Shown: positions 44,127 through 53,370 of the stretch, one piece after another
Numbering within the stretch: position 1 is the first letter of the stretch
How the letters are laid out: each line of letters starts with the position of its first letter
Source: a virus
Lineage: Duplodnaviria > Caudoviricetes
Strand: one strand, 5' to 3'
Virus record (IMG/VR): IMGVR_UViG_3300050645_000186
Coordinates: 13,147-77,146 of that record
Length of the DNA stretch: 64,000 nucleotides
Notes under the pieces: model-generated
Seen by the model: only the letters and a program-made list of their open reading frames with translations
The model's database searches: none
What the model was told of the DNA's origin: nothing
Position numbers and translations under genes: made by a program

Positions 44127-45452
44127 GTGGATATACGAAGCCTAAAGCTGTCGGAGCTGAATCCGGCAAAATACAATCCGCGCAAAGAGCTGCGTCCCGG
44201 CGATGCGGAGTTTGAGAAGCTCAAGCGTTCCATCGAGAGCTTCGGCTATGTGGAGCTGATTGTCGTCAACGAGGCGACGGGCTTCACGGTCATTTCCGGT
44301 CATCAGCGGCTCTCCGTTTTGAAAGTACTCGGCTATGAGAGCGCGGAGTGCGTGGTGGTGAGCTTGGACGCCGCCCGCGAAAGGGCGCTCAACATCGCCA
44401 TGAATAAAATTTCCGGCGAGTGGGATACGAAAAAGCTCGAAAACCTGCTCTCGGATTTGAAAGCGGAGGATTTTGACGTTACGCTGACCGGCTTCGACAC
44501 CAGTGAGATCGGGCTTATGCTCAGCGTGGATGATGAAATCGTGCAGGATATTGTGCCGGAGGTCAATGCGGATGAGCCGGCGGTATGCCAGCCCGGCGAC
44601 ATTTGGCAGCTTGGCCGGCATCGGCTGCTCTGCGGCAGCAGTACGGATAAAGACGATGTTGCCAGACTGATGGACGGGCAGCACAGTAAGCTGCTCTTTA
44701 CCTCGCCGCCGTACAGCGATATGCGAACCTACAACGGCGACAAGGAATTGAGCGTGGACAGCATTGCGCAATTCTTGCCTTGCTATGAACCGTTTTCCGC
44801 ACTGCAAGCGGTCAATCTCGGAATCCAGCGCAAGGACGGCGAGGTCTATCCCTATTGGAACGTTTACATCGATACGGCGAAGCAAGCCGGTCTAAAACTG
44901 CTGGCGTGGAATGTGTGGGATAAGCTCACCTGTGGAAGCGTCGGGCAGCAAAGCGCGATGATACCCATCCGGCATGAATGGATATTCTGCTTTGGCAAAG
45001 AGCCGGTGACGGTGAATCCGACGTGGCGTAAGAAGGAAGCCAGCATTTACTCCGGCGGTCGCTACAACAAAATCCGCCAGGCGGACGGCTCCTTTCGGAT
45101 TGCGCGGCGCGGCAATGAAACCGGCGCATTCAAGAAGATGGAAAGCTTGCTGGAGCTGCCGGAGCAGACCAGCCTTGAGTCGGTCACGAAGCAGCTCAGT
45201 GAAAAAGGCAAGATTCGCGCCGAACACCCAGCCACCTTTCCCGTGGCGCTGCCGTCGGAATACATCGTTGCTTTTACCGATGAAAATGACATTGTGGTCG
45301 AGCCCTTTGGCGGCGCGGGTACGACGCTCATCGCCTGTGAACAGCTTGACCGCACCTGCTACATCATGGAATTGGACGCGCACTACTGCGATGTCATCAT
45401 CAAGCGCTGGGAGAATTTCACCGGTCAAACCGCCGTGAAGCAGGAGGAATGA
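44127..45452 (+). CDS. ParB-like + beta-class DNA methyltransferase (SPPY)
   Basis: ParB-like N-terminus; FTSPPY; HPATFP; EPFGGAGTT. Confidence 0.9.
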   Translation: MDIRSLKLSELNPAKYNPRKELRPGDAEFEKLKRSIESFGYVELIVVNEATGFTVISGHQRLSVLKVLGYESAECVVVSLDAARERALNIAMNKISGEWDTKKLENLLSDLKAEDFDVTLTGFDTSEIGLMLSVDDEIVQDIVPEVNADEPAVCQPGDIWQLGRHRLLCGSSTDKDDVARLMDGQHSKLLFTSPPYSDMRTYNGDKELSVDSIAQFLPCYEPFSALQAVNLGIQRKDGEVYPYWNVYIDTAKQAGLKLLAWNVWDKLTCGSVGQQSAMIPIRHEWIFCFGKEPVTVNPTWRKKEASIYSGGRYNKIRQADGSFRIARRGNETGAFKKMESLLELPEQTSLESVTKQLSEKGKIRAEHPATFPVALPSEYIVAFTDENDIVVEPFGGAGTTLIACEQLDRTCYIMELDAHYCDVIIKRWENFTGQTAVKQEE

Positions 45453-45454
45453 TT

Positions 45455-46690
45455 ATGGATGTACGAAAAATACCCGTGGAGCAGCTCATTCCCGCCGACT
45501 ACAATCCCCGTAAGGATTTGAAGCCCGGCGATCCCGAATATGACAAGCTGAAGCGCTCCATCGAGCAGTTCGGTTATGTCGAGCCGCTCATCTGGAACAA
45601 GACCACTGGGCGCGTCGTTGGCGGCCATCAGCGTCTGAAGGTGCTCATCGATATGGGTATTTCAGAAGTAGACTGTGTGGTGGTCGAGCTGCCGGAGGAA
45701 AAGGAAAAGGCACTCAACATTGCGCTGAACAAAATCAGCGGCGAGTGGGATAAGGATAAGCTGGCGCTGCTCATTGCGGATTTGCAGGGGGCGGATTTTG
45801 ATGTATCTCTCACCGGCTTTGACCCTGCGGAGATGGACGATCTGTTCAAGGATAAGGTCAAGGACAAAATCCACGATGATGATTTCGATGTGGAGGCAGC
45901 ACTCAAGGAGCCGGTTATCACCAAGCTCGGAGACGTCTGGACGCTGGGACGGCACCGGCTGGTCTGCGGCGACAGCACCAAATCAGACACCTTTGAGTTG
46001 CTGATGGCCGGTACAAAAGCAAATCTTGTCGTTACCGACCCGCCCTACAATGTGAATTACGAGGGCAGCGCCGGCAAAATCAAGAATGACCATATGGCAA
46101 ACGACGCATTTTACAAGTTCCTGCTGGTGGCATTCCAGAACATCGAAGCGGTTATGGCGGACGACGCCAGTATCTATATTTTCCATTCCGACACCGAAGG
46201 GCTGAATTTCAGGAGAGCCTTTGCGGATGCCGGTTTCTTTTTGTCCGGCTGCTGCATCTGGAAAAAACAGTCACTGGTGCTGGGACGCTCGCCCTATCAG
46301 TGGCAGCACGAGCCGGTGCTGTTTGGCTGGAAGAAAAAAGGCAGGCACCAGTGGTACACCGGTCGCAAGGAAACGACCGTCTGGGAGTTTGACAAGCCCA
46401 AGAAGAACGGCGACCACCCGACCATGAAGCCGATCCCGCTGCTGGCATATCCCATTATGAATTCCAGCATGAGCAACACGCTGGTGCTCGACCCTTTCGG
46501 AGGCTCCGGCAGTACCCTCATCGCCTGTGAGCAGACAGACCGCAGCTGTTACACCATTGAGCTTGATGAAAAGTTCTGCGACGTGATCGTGAAACGCTAT
46601 ATCGAGCAGGTCGGCTCGGCGGACAAGGTTTCCTTACAGCGCGACGGGCTGACGTATGCTTATGCGGAGGTGACTTCCGCGAATAAATGA
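45455..46690 (+). CDS. ParB-like + beta-class DNA methyltransferase (DPPY)
   Basis: VTDPPYN; HPTMKP; DPFGGSGST. Confidence 0.92.
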   Translation: MDVRKIPVEQLIPADYNPRKDLKPGDPEYDKLKRSIEQFGYVEPLIWNKTTGRVVGGHQRLKVLIDMGISEVDCVVVELPEEKEKALNIALNKISGEWDKDKLALLIADLQGADFDVSLTGFDPAEMDDLFKDKVKDKIHDDDFDVEAALKEPVITKLGDVWTLGRHRLVCGDSTKSDTFELLMAGTKANLVVTDPPYNVNYEGSAGKIKNDHMANDAFYKFLLVAFQNIEAVMADDASIYIFHSDTEGLNFRRAFADAGFFLSGCCIWKKQSLVLGRSPYQWQHEPVLFGWKKKGRHQWYTGRKETTVWEFDKPKKNGDHPTMKPIPLLAYPIMNSSMSNTLVLDPFGGSGSTLIACEQTDRSCYTIELDEKFCDVIVKRYIEQVGSADKVSLQRDGLTYAYAEVTSANK

Positions 46691-46754
46691 GCGGCTTCAA
46701 GGATCAGTCCCCCAAAGTCGCTCATTCCTACGATATGAAGTTCGCGCCGTCACA

Positions 46755-46958
46755 TTAGCCCTTCCGTGTCGGCTTGACGTTGACGTCTGGCTTGATATCT
46801 CCGGAAATGTCCCCGTGTTCCGTTTCAAAAGCCTTGATGTTTTCCCGTATCAAAACAAGAATATGGCTGTTGACGGAGCGGCCTTCGTAATCCGCGACAA
46901 AGCCCAGCTTATTCAGCATCTCTTCCTCAATGCGGATGGATACGCTCTTGATTGCCAT
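46755..46958 (-). CDS. Arc-like ribbon-helix-helix protein
   Basis: KSVSIRIEEEMLNKL..VAD.EGRSVNS.I..LI; GAGGTG RBS. Confidence 0.78.
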   Translation of the reverse strand: MAIKSVSIRIEEEMLNKLGFVADYEGRSVNSHILVLIRENIKAFETEHGDISGDIKPDVNVKPTRKG

Positions 46959-47026
46959 AAAATCACCTCACGATAGATATATGATGTATTTATTTTATGG
47001 CCGTTATGTAGTATAATGTTCAAAAC

Positions 47027-47043
47027 AGATATACGGTATATCT
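47027..47043. promoter_or_regulatory. Palindromic operator in a divergent promoter region
   Basis: AGATATAC-G-GTATATCT; TATAAT at 47012-47017. Confidence 0.55.
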
Positions 47044-47069
47044 ATTATATTTTCGGGATGGGAAAAAGA

Positions 47070-47381
47070 ATGAGAGCGTATTTCATCAGCAAACCGAGAA
47101 CGTATCGGGATTTGCTTAAGCCGCATCTGCCGGAAGCGGAGCGTGAATATGAGATTGTCAAGGTCATTGAACTGAGCGGCATCGACTACGAAAACTTCTG
47201 CGAGGACATGCTGGTGGACAGGGAGTTCATTGAGGATAACGCCGAACTGTGCGAGAACGGCGATGCTTTGCGCTGCCTGCTGGTCAAGCAGCGCGGCAAG
47301 CATGAGGGTATTCTTGTGGTGTCGGAGCTTAGCTCTGTAAAGCAAGCTGCGTACTTAGCGTGGGACGAGGCGATGTCATGA
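47070..47381 (+). CDS. Hypothetical protein (103 aa)
   Basis: ORF coupled to the SLOG gene (ATGA overlap). Confidence 0.6.
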   Translation: MRAYFISKPRTYRDLLKPHLPEAEREYEIVKVIELSGIDYENFCEDMLVDREFIEDNAELCENGDALRCLLVKQRGKHEGILVVSELSSVKQAAYLAWDEAMS

Positions 47382-47713
47382 AGGTGGCGGTCATAGGTTC
47401 GAGGGGCTTAAGCGTTCCGAATTTAGAGAAATACCTGCCGGAGGAAACGACGGAAATTGTGTCCGGCGGCGCGAGAGGCGTGGACACCTCCGCCAAAGAA
47501 TACGCACTGGCGCACGGCTTGAAATTAACTGAGTTTCTGCCGGAGTACGACAAGTACGGCCGCGGCGCCCCGCTAAAGCGCAATATTACAATCATCGAGT
47601 ATGCCGATCTTGTGTTGGCGTTCTGGGACGGCAAATCTCATGGAACGAAATTCGTAATTGATCATTGCAGGGAGCGCGGTGTTCCCGTCCGGGTATTTCT
47701 CGCCAAGGCATAA
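47378..47713 (+). CDS. SLOG-superfamily protein (YspA/DUF2493-like)
   Basis: VAVIGSR; IVSGGARGVD; GAPLKRN; AFWDGKSHGT. Confidence 0.82.
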   Translation: MKVAVIGSRGLSVPNLEKYLPEETTEIVSGGARGVDTSAKEYALAHGLKLTEFLPEYDKYGRGAPLKRNITIIEYADLVLAFWDGKSHGTKFVIDHCRERGVPVRVFLAKA

Positions 47714-47789
47714 TCCCCACACTTCCCGCCGAGATAAATTTCGGCGATTTGTGCATACCGGAGAATGTCGTTTTTCTCTACAGAAATGA

Positions 47790-47824
47790 CTTGCTATTTC
47801 AGGCGTTAAGAGGCATATATGTAC
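47790..47824 (+). promoter_or_regulatory. CTTGCT-N-AGAG motif, copy 4
   Basis: CTTGCTAT-N10-AAGAG-gcat-ATATGTAC upstream of 47852. Confidence 0.55.
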
Positions 47825-47851
47825 CTACCAAATGGAAAGGTGGTACAGAAA

Positions 47852-48136
47852 ATGCACGAAAACGACTTAAAAAAAGCGCTCGACGAATTCCTCCAGCAGC
47901 GCATCGACGATTGCGGAGCACGCGGCAACGATGGCTTGCAGGCAGCCTACCAGCAGTTTGAGCGCTGCACCGAAAAACTGAAAAGCTCGCTGACTCCGGA
48001 GCAGCGTCAGGCGTACCTTGAATGGGAAAACGCCTACTCTCTGGTGGACGGCGAGACGATGAACTGCTACTACCGTGCCGGGTTTTCCGACGCGGTATTG
48101 TTTTTCATGGGATGGAGGGATGGAGAATGGAAATGA
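47852..48136 (+). CDS. Small helical hypothetical protein
   Basis: RBS; L.PEQ...Y...E...YRAGF.D. Confidence 0.65.
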   Translation: MHENDLKKALDEFLQQRIDDCGARGNDGLQAAYQQFERCTEKLKSSLTPEQRQAYLEWENAYSLVDGETMNCYYRAGFSDAVLFFMGWRDGEWK

Positions 48137-48867
48137 AATACAACGTCACGGGCAACGACCGCAAGCGGCTGGTTACGGCAATCGCGGAGTTTATGGCGTG
48201 TGCGGCAACGTACAAGGGCGCTCCGACCTTTGCCTACGATGTAGGCTGGCTCACCATCGACAAAAATGGAACCGTCAGTTTTGACGATCACTCCGATAGC
48301 AAGAACGTTGAAAAGCTCATCCAGTATCTGCATGAGCTGGGCTTTGGATCGGAAACCGAGGAAGCCGTCGATTCCCTTATTCTTTCCTATCCGCGGGAGG
48401 ACATTACCGACGCGGCGCTTGAAAACCTGCGTCTGCTGGTGGCAAGCAAGGAGACACTCATCAAAAAGGCACTGGCGGTCGATGCTCTGCCGATTGAGGC
48501 GGACGATGAGAAGGTCAGCTTCCCGTGGTTTGAGGGCTCTCCGACACCGGAGGAAATCAACGCCTACACACACTTTACGAGCAAGCTCATCGCCATGGCG
48601 AAAACGCAGAAGCGCGTAATCGCCAAGGAAAAGGAAACCGAGAACGACAAATACGCATTTCGCTGCTTTCTGCTCCGGCTGGGCTTTATCGGCGACGAGT
48701 ACAAGACGGCACGGAAAATCCTGCTTAAGAACCTCACCGGCAGCGGTGCTTTCAAAAGCGGCAATCCGAAGGTGCAGGAGATGGTCAAACGCATCAATGC
48801 AGACGCTGACCTTTACGACGATGTGATGAGTCTGCAGGACAAGGAGGAAACAGAGAATGAGCAATAA
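48127..48867 (+). CDS. Conserved phage protein of the virulence-related family
   Basis: Homologous to 3505..4323; NDKYAFRCFLLRLGFIGDEYK. Confidence 0.78.
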   Translation: MEMKYNVTGNDRKRLVTAIAEFMACAATYKGAPTFAYDVGWLTIDKNGTVSFDDHSDSKNVEKLIQYLHELGFGSETEEAVDSLILSYPREDITDAALENLRLLVASKETLIKKALAVDALPIEADDEKVSFPWFEGSPTPEEINAYTHFTSKLIAMAKTQKRVIAKEKETENDKYAFRCFLLRLGFIGDEYKTARKILLKNLTGSGAFKSGNPKVQEMVKRINADADLYDDVMSLQDKEETENEQ

Positions 48868-49093
48868 TTTTCCGCCCAGAGAAATTGTGGAGCGTATCCG
48901 CAGGCAGTATCCGGTCGGCAGCCGTGTGGAGCTTGTCAAAATGGACGACCCGCAGGCGCCCCCGGTCGGCACAAAGGGCACCGTGCGCGGCGTGGACGAC
49001 ATCGGCAGCGTGATGGTTGCATGGGACAACGGCTGTGGCCTGTCGGTGGCTTACGGCGCGGACGTCTGCAGGGTGGTGAGCGATGATGAGTGA
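48857..49093 (+). CDS. DUF4314-like protein
   Basis: YPVGSRVELVKMDDP..PPVGT.GTV..VDD.G...V.WDNG. Confidence 0.8.
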   Translation: MSNNFPPREIVERIRRQYPVGSRVELVKMDDPQAPPVGTKGTVRGVDDIGSVMVAWDNGCGLSVAYGADVCRVVSDDE

Positions 49094-49271
49094 AACGGTC
49101 AGGAAGCAAATTCTTGCCGTGCGCGACACCGGACGCACGAATATGTTCGACGTAAACACGGTGCAGCGCATTGCGTATGACATGGAGTTCTACGAACTGG
49201 TGACCTATCTGGAAGAACACCGCCGAGAATACGCGCACTTCATCCTCACCGGAGAGGAACAACGGCTGTAA
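49083..49271 (+). CDS. DUF5049-like protein
   Basis: QILAVRDTGRTNMFD; homologous to 5952..6146. Confidence 0.78.
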   Translation: MMSETVRKQILAVRDTGRTNMFDVNTVQRIAYDMEFYELVTYLEEHRREYAHFILTGEEQRL

Positions 49272-49333
49272 CCTACACAATTGCGAGGGCATACACAAGC
49301 GGAAAAATCGTATAGTATATGCCCGAAATAGAC

Positions 49334-49367
49334 CTTGCTATTCTGTGCTTTTAGAGCGAATATGTAC
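49334..49367 (+). promoter_or_regulatory. CTTGCT-N-AGAG motif, copy 5
   Basis: CTTGCTAT-N10-TAGAG-cga-ATATGTAC upstream of 49408. Confidence 0.55.
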
Positions 49368-49407
49368 CTGCCGCAAGGGAAATACGAACTTACAGGAGGA
49401 CACGACC

Positions 49408-49587
49408 ATGACGGAGAAGCAGCTCAAGCAGGCCAAGAGCCAACTGCCACAGGGCGAGAAATTTGACCGGGCCTACCGCGCCTTTGAAGGCGGCATTCGC
49501 TTGATTTCCAAGAAAGCCGACGGAACGGAAACCCGCTACAATGTCATTTTCGACGCCGACGACAACGTCCGCATCGAGAAATTTTAA
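49408..49587 (+). CDS. Small hypothetical protein (59 aa)
   Basis: AGGAGG RBS; MTEKQLKQAKSQLPQGEKFDRAY. Confidence 0.65.
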   Translation: MTEKQLKQAKSQLPQGEKFDRAYRAFEGGIRLISKKADGTETRYNVIFDADDNVRIEKF

Positions 49588-49703
49588 ACCACCGAAAGAA
49601 AACAGCCGGGGTCAGCCCTTCATGGGGCTGTCTCTCGTACAGATAAATTTTGAAGGACTGCCGATGGCGGTCTATTTTTATGTCCGGAAGGAGGCGGAAG
49701 CTC

Positions 49704-51305
49704 TTGCGAAAGCTGAAAAAATACAAGCAAACGCGCTTTAAGGCGCAGGATTCGACCTATGACAAGGCGGCCGCCGACTACGCCGTGGCATTTATCGAAG
49801 CGCTCTGCCACACCAAAGGAACCTGGGCGGGCAAGCCCTTTGATCTGATTGACTGGCAGGAGCAGATTGTGCGGGATATTTTCGGCACGCTCAAGCCCAA
49901 CGGCTACCGGCAGTTCAACACCGCCTATGTGGAAATCCCCAAAAAGATGGGTAAGTCCGAGCTTGCGGCGGCAATCGCGCTGCTGCTCACCTGCGGGGAT
50001 GGCGAGGAACGCGCCGAGGTGTACGGCTGCGCCGCTGACCGCAATCAGGCCTCCATTGTTTTCAATGTCGCTGCGGATATGGTGCGAATGTGTCCGGCAC
50101 TCGCCAAGCGGGTGAAGATACTGGACGCAACCAAGCGGCTCATCTATCAGCCCACCGGCAGCATTTATCAGGTGCTGTCCGCCGATGTCGGAAACAAGCA
50201 CGGGTTTAATACCCATGGCGTGGTGTTTGACGAGCTGCACACCCAGCCAAACAGAAAGCTCTATGACGTCATGACCAAGGGCAGCGGCGATGCACGAATG
50301 CAGCCGCTGTATTTTCTCATCACCACCGCCGGCGATAACCAGAACAGCATTTGCTGGGAGGTGCATCAGAAGGCGCTCGACATCATCGACGGCAGAAAGC
50401 ACGACCCGACCTTTTATCCCGTCATTTACGGTGCGGCACAGGAGGACGATTGGACGGACCCGAAGGTGTGGCGGAAAGCCAATCCGTCGCTTGGCATTAC
50501 GGTCGGCATGGATAAGGTGAAGGCGGCATTTGAATCGGCAAGGCAGAACCCCGCCGAGGAGAACAGCTTCCGACAGCTGCGCCTCAATCAATGGGTCAAA
50601 CAGTTGGTGCGCTGGATGCCGATGGACAAGTGGGACGCCTGCGCGTTTCCGGTAAATGAAAAAGCGCTGGAAGGCCGCGTCTGCTACGGCGGGCTGGACC
50701 TTTCGTCCTCAACCGACATTACGGCGTTCGTGTTGGTGTTCCCGCCGCTGGATGAAGAGGATAAATACAGCATCCTCCCGTACTTCTGGATACCGGAGGA
50801 CAATATCGGCCTACGTGTGAAGCGTGATCATGTGAATTATGACCTCTGGCAGCGGCAGGGCTTTTTGCAAACCACCGAGGGCAACGTGGTGCATTACGGC
50901 TACATTGAGAAATTCATCGAGCAGCTGGGCGAGCGCTACAATATCCGTGAAATTGCTTTCGACCGCTGGGGAGCCGTGCAAATGGTGCAGAACCTTGAGG
51001 GAATGGGCTTTACGGTTGTTCCATTCGGGCAGGGCTTCAAGGATATGAGTCCGCCCACCAAGGAACTGATGAAGCTGACGTTGGAAGAAAAAATTGCTCA
51101 CGGCGGGCATCCGATCCTGCGCTGGATGATGGATAACATCTTTATCCGAACAGACCCCGCCGGAAATATCAAGGCGGACAAGGAGAAGTCCACAGAAAAG
51201 ATTGACGGCGCGGTCGCCACCATTATGGCACTGGATCGGGCGATTCGGTGCGGCAACGATACGGGCGAGAGCGTTTACGACAAGCGCGGCTTGCTCATTT
51301 GGTAA
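49704..51305 (+). CDS. terL: Terminase large subunit
   Basis: TTG start after AAGGAGG; IPKKMGKS; VVFDELH; GGLDLS; close homolog of 6215..7822. Confidence 0.95.
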   Translation: MRKLKKYKQTRFKAQDSTYDKAAADYAVAFIEALCHTKGTWAGKPFDLIDWQEQIVRDIFGTLKPNGYRQFNTAYVEIPKKMGKSELAAAIALLLTCGDGEERAEVYGCAADRNQASIVFNVAADMVRMCPALAKRVKILDATKRLIYQPTGSIYQVLSADVGNKHGFNTHGVVFDELHTQPNRKLYDVMTKGSGDARMQPLYFLITTAGDNQNSICWEVHQKALDIIDGRKHDPTFYPVIYGAAQEDDWTDPKVWRKANPSLGITVGMDKVKAAFESARQNPAEENSFRQLRLNQWVKQLVRWMPMDKWDACAFPVNEKALEGRVCYGGLDLSSSTDITAFVLVFPPLDEEDKYSILPYFWIPEDNIGLRVKRDHVNYDLWQRQGFLQTTEGNVVHYGYIEKFIEQLGERYNIREIAFDRWGAVQMVQNLEGMGFTVVPFGQGFKDMSPPTKELMKLTLEEKIAHGGHPILRWMMDNIFIRTDPAGNIKADKEKSTEKIDGAVATIMALDRAIRCGNDTGESVYDKRGLLIW

Positions 51306-51320
51306 GGAGGCACACAGCCT

Positions 51321-52634
51321 ATGGGCATACTACAAAGCATTTTTAAAGCCCGCGACAAGCCACAGAAATCTTCCGCTAAAAACCTCGGCGGCAGCAGTTT
51401 TTTGTGGGGCGGCACGACATCGGGCAAGGTCGTCAATGAAAGAACCGCCATGCAGATGACGGCGGTTTACTCCTGCGTCCGCATTCTATCAGAAGCAATC
51501 GCGGGTCTGCCGCTGTTCGTTTACAGGTACAGCGCGGACGGCAGCAAGGAGAAATACCTCGACCATCCGCTGTGGCGGGTTCTGCATGACGAGCCAAATC
51601 CTGAAATGACGAGCTTTGTGTTTCGGGAAACCATGATGAACCACCTGCTGCTGACGGGGAACGCCTACGCGCAGATTATCCGAAACGCGCGCGGCGAGGT
51701 TGTGGCGCTCTACCCGCTCATGCCGGACAGGGTTACGGTGGACAGAGATTCACAGGGGCGGCTGTTCTACCGTTACTATAAAAGCAGCGACGAAGCGCCG
51801 GAGGTCGGAAAGGCAAAGCAAGCAGATATTGTATTCGCTCCGACGGACATTCTCCATGTGCTGGGGCTTGGGTACGACGGTCTGGTGGGCTATTCACCGA
51901 TTGCGATGGCGAAAAACGCCGTGGGCTTGGCAATGGCGGCGGAGGAATACGGCGCGAAGTTTTTCGCCAACGGCGCGGCGCCCTCCGGTGTATTGGAACA
52001 TCCCGGCACCATCAAAGACCCGGAGCGCATCCGGCAAAGCTGGCAGTCCACCTTCGGCGGCTCGGCGAACAGCAACAAAATCGCCGTGCTGGAGGAAGGG
52101 CTCAAGTACACGCCCATCGCCATTTCTCCCGAACAGGCGCAGTTTTTGGAAACGCGAAAATTCCAAATCAATGAAATCGCTCGAATTTTCAGGGTGCCGC
52201 CGCACATGCTGGCCGACCTTGAAAAGTCGAGCTTTTCCAATATTGAGCAGCAGTCGCTGGAGTTCGTGAAATACACACTTGACCCGTGGGTGATTCGCTG
52301 GGAGCAGGCGATGAACAAGTCGCTTCTGCTCGACAGCGAAAAGCGCACGGTGTTTACAAAATTCAATGTGGACGGTCTGCTCCGCGGTGACTATGCCAGC
52401 CGCATGACCGGCTACGCGACCGCAAGGCAAAACGGCTGGATGTCAGCAAATGATATCCGGGAACTGGAGAACCTCGACCGCATACCCGCAGAACAAGGCG
52501 GCGATTTGTATCTCATCAACGGCGCAATGACCAAGCTTGCTGATGCTGGTGCATTTGCGAATACGGCTGCAACAGAAACGGAGGAACCCTCAGATGGACA
52601 GAACCAAACGAAGTCCCGCCCGGGCGCACGATAA
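51321..52634 (+). CDS. HK97-family portal protein
   Basis: AVYSCVRILSE; GLVGYSPI; IARIFRVPPHM. Confidence 0.95.
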   Translation: MGILQSIFKARDKPQKSSAKNLGGSSFLWGGTTSGKVVNERTAMQMTAVYSCVRILSEAIAGLPLFVYRYSADGSKEKYLDHPLWRVLHDEPNPEMTSFVFRETMMNHLLLTGNAYAQIIRNARGEVVALYPLMPDRVTVDRDSQGRLFYRYYKSSDEAPEVGKAKQADIVFAPTDILHVLGLGYDGLVGYSPIAMAKNAVGLAMAAEEYGAKFFANGAAPSGVLEHPGTIKDPERIRQSWQSTFGGSANSNKIAVLEEGLKYTPIAISPEQAQFLETRKFQINEIARIFRVPPHMLADLEKSSFSNIEQQSLEFVKYTLDPWVIRWEQAMNKSLLLDSEKRTVFTKFNVDGLLRGDYASRMTGYATARQNGWMSANDIRELENLDRIPAEQGGDLYLINGAMTKLADAGAFANTAATETEEPSDGQNQTKSRPGAR

Positions 52635-53355
52635 AACGCATTTCTGGAATTGGGACAATGACGAAAACACCGGTATCCGCACCCTATATCTCGACGGCAC
52701 CGTTGCGGACGAAAGCTGGTGGGGCGATGAAATCACACCGCGCATGTTTAAGGATGAGCTGTTTTCCGGTAGCGGCGATATTGTGGTATGGATTAACTCG
52801 CCCGGCGGGGACTGCGTGGCGGCAAGCCAGATTTACACCATGCTCATGGATTATCCGCACGAGGTCACGGTCAAAATCGACGGCATCGCGGCAAGTGCAG
52901 CATCGGTGATTGCTATGGCGGGAACGCAGGTGCTGATGGCGCCCACAGCGCTCATGATGATTCACAATCCATTGACCGTTGCCATCGGCGACACCGAGGA
53001 AATGCAGAAGGCAATCGATATGCTCTCCGAAGTCAAGGAAAGCATCATCAACGCCTACGAAATCAAGACCGGACAGTCGCGGGCAAAAATCTCGCATCTC
53101 ATGGACGGCGAAACCTATATGAACGCCAACAAAGCCATCGAGCTGGGCTTTGCGGACGGCATTCTCGAGGACGCGAAACGCGGCCGCACCGAGGATGTCG
53201 TTTTTGCTTTTTCCCGCAGGGCGGTCACCAATTCGCTTATGAACAAGCTCATCCCGAAATCCGCTCCGATAGCGGAAAAGAAGCTGGACAACGTTCCTAT
53301 GGGCGTTTCCATCACCGAGGCCATGCAGAAGCTGCAGGCTCGTAAATACATTTAA
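52594..53355 (+). CDS. ClpP-like prohead protease
   Basis: INSPGGD; AASAASVIAMAG; MIHNP. Confidence 0.92.
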   Translation: MDRTKRSPARAHDKTHFWNWDNDENTGIRTLYLDGTVADESWWGDEITPRMFKDELFSGSGDIVVWINSPGGDCVAASQIYTMLMDYPHEVTVKIDGIAASAASVIAMAGTQVLMAPTALMMIHNPLTVAIGDTEEMQKAIDMLSEVKESIINAYEIKTGQSRAKISHLMDGETYMNANKAIELGFADGILEDAKRGRTEDVVFAFSRRAVTNSLMNKLIPKSAPIAEKKLDNVPMGVSITEAMQKLQARKYI

Positions 53356-53370
53356 CGGAGGTATTGGATT

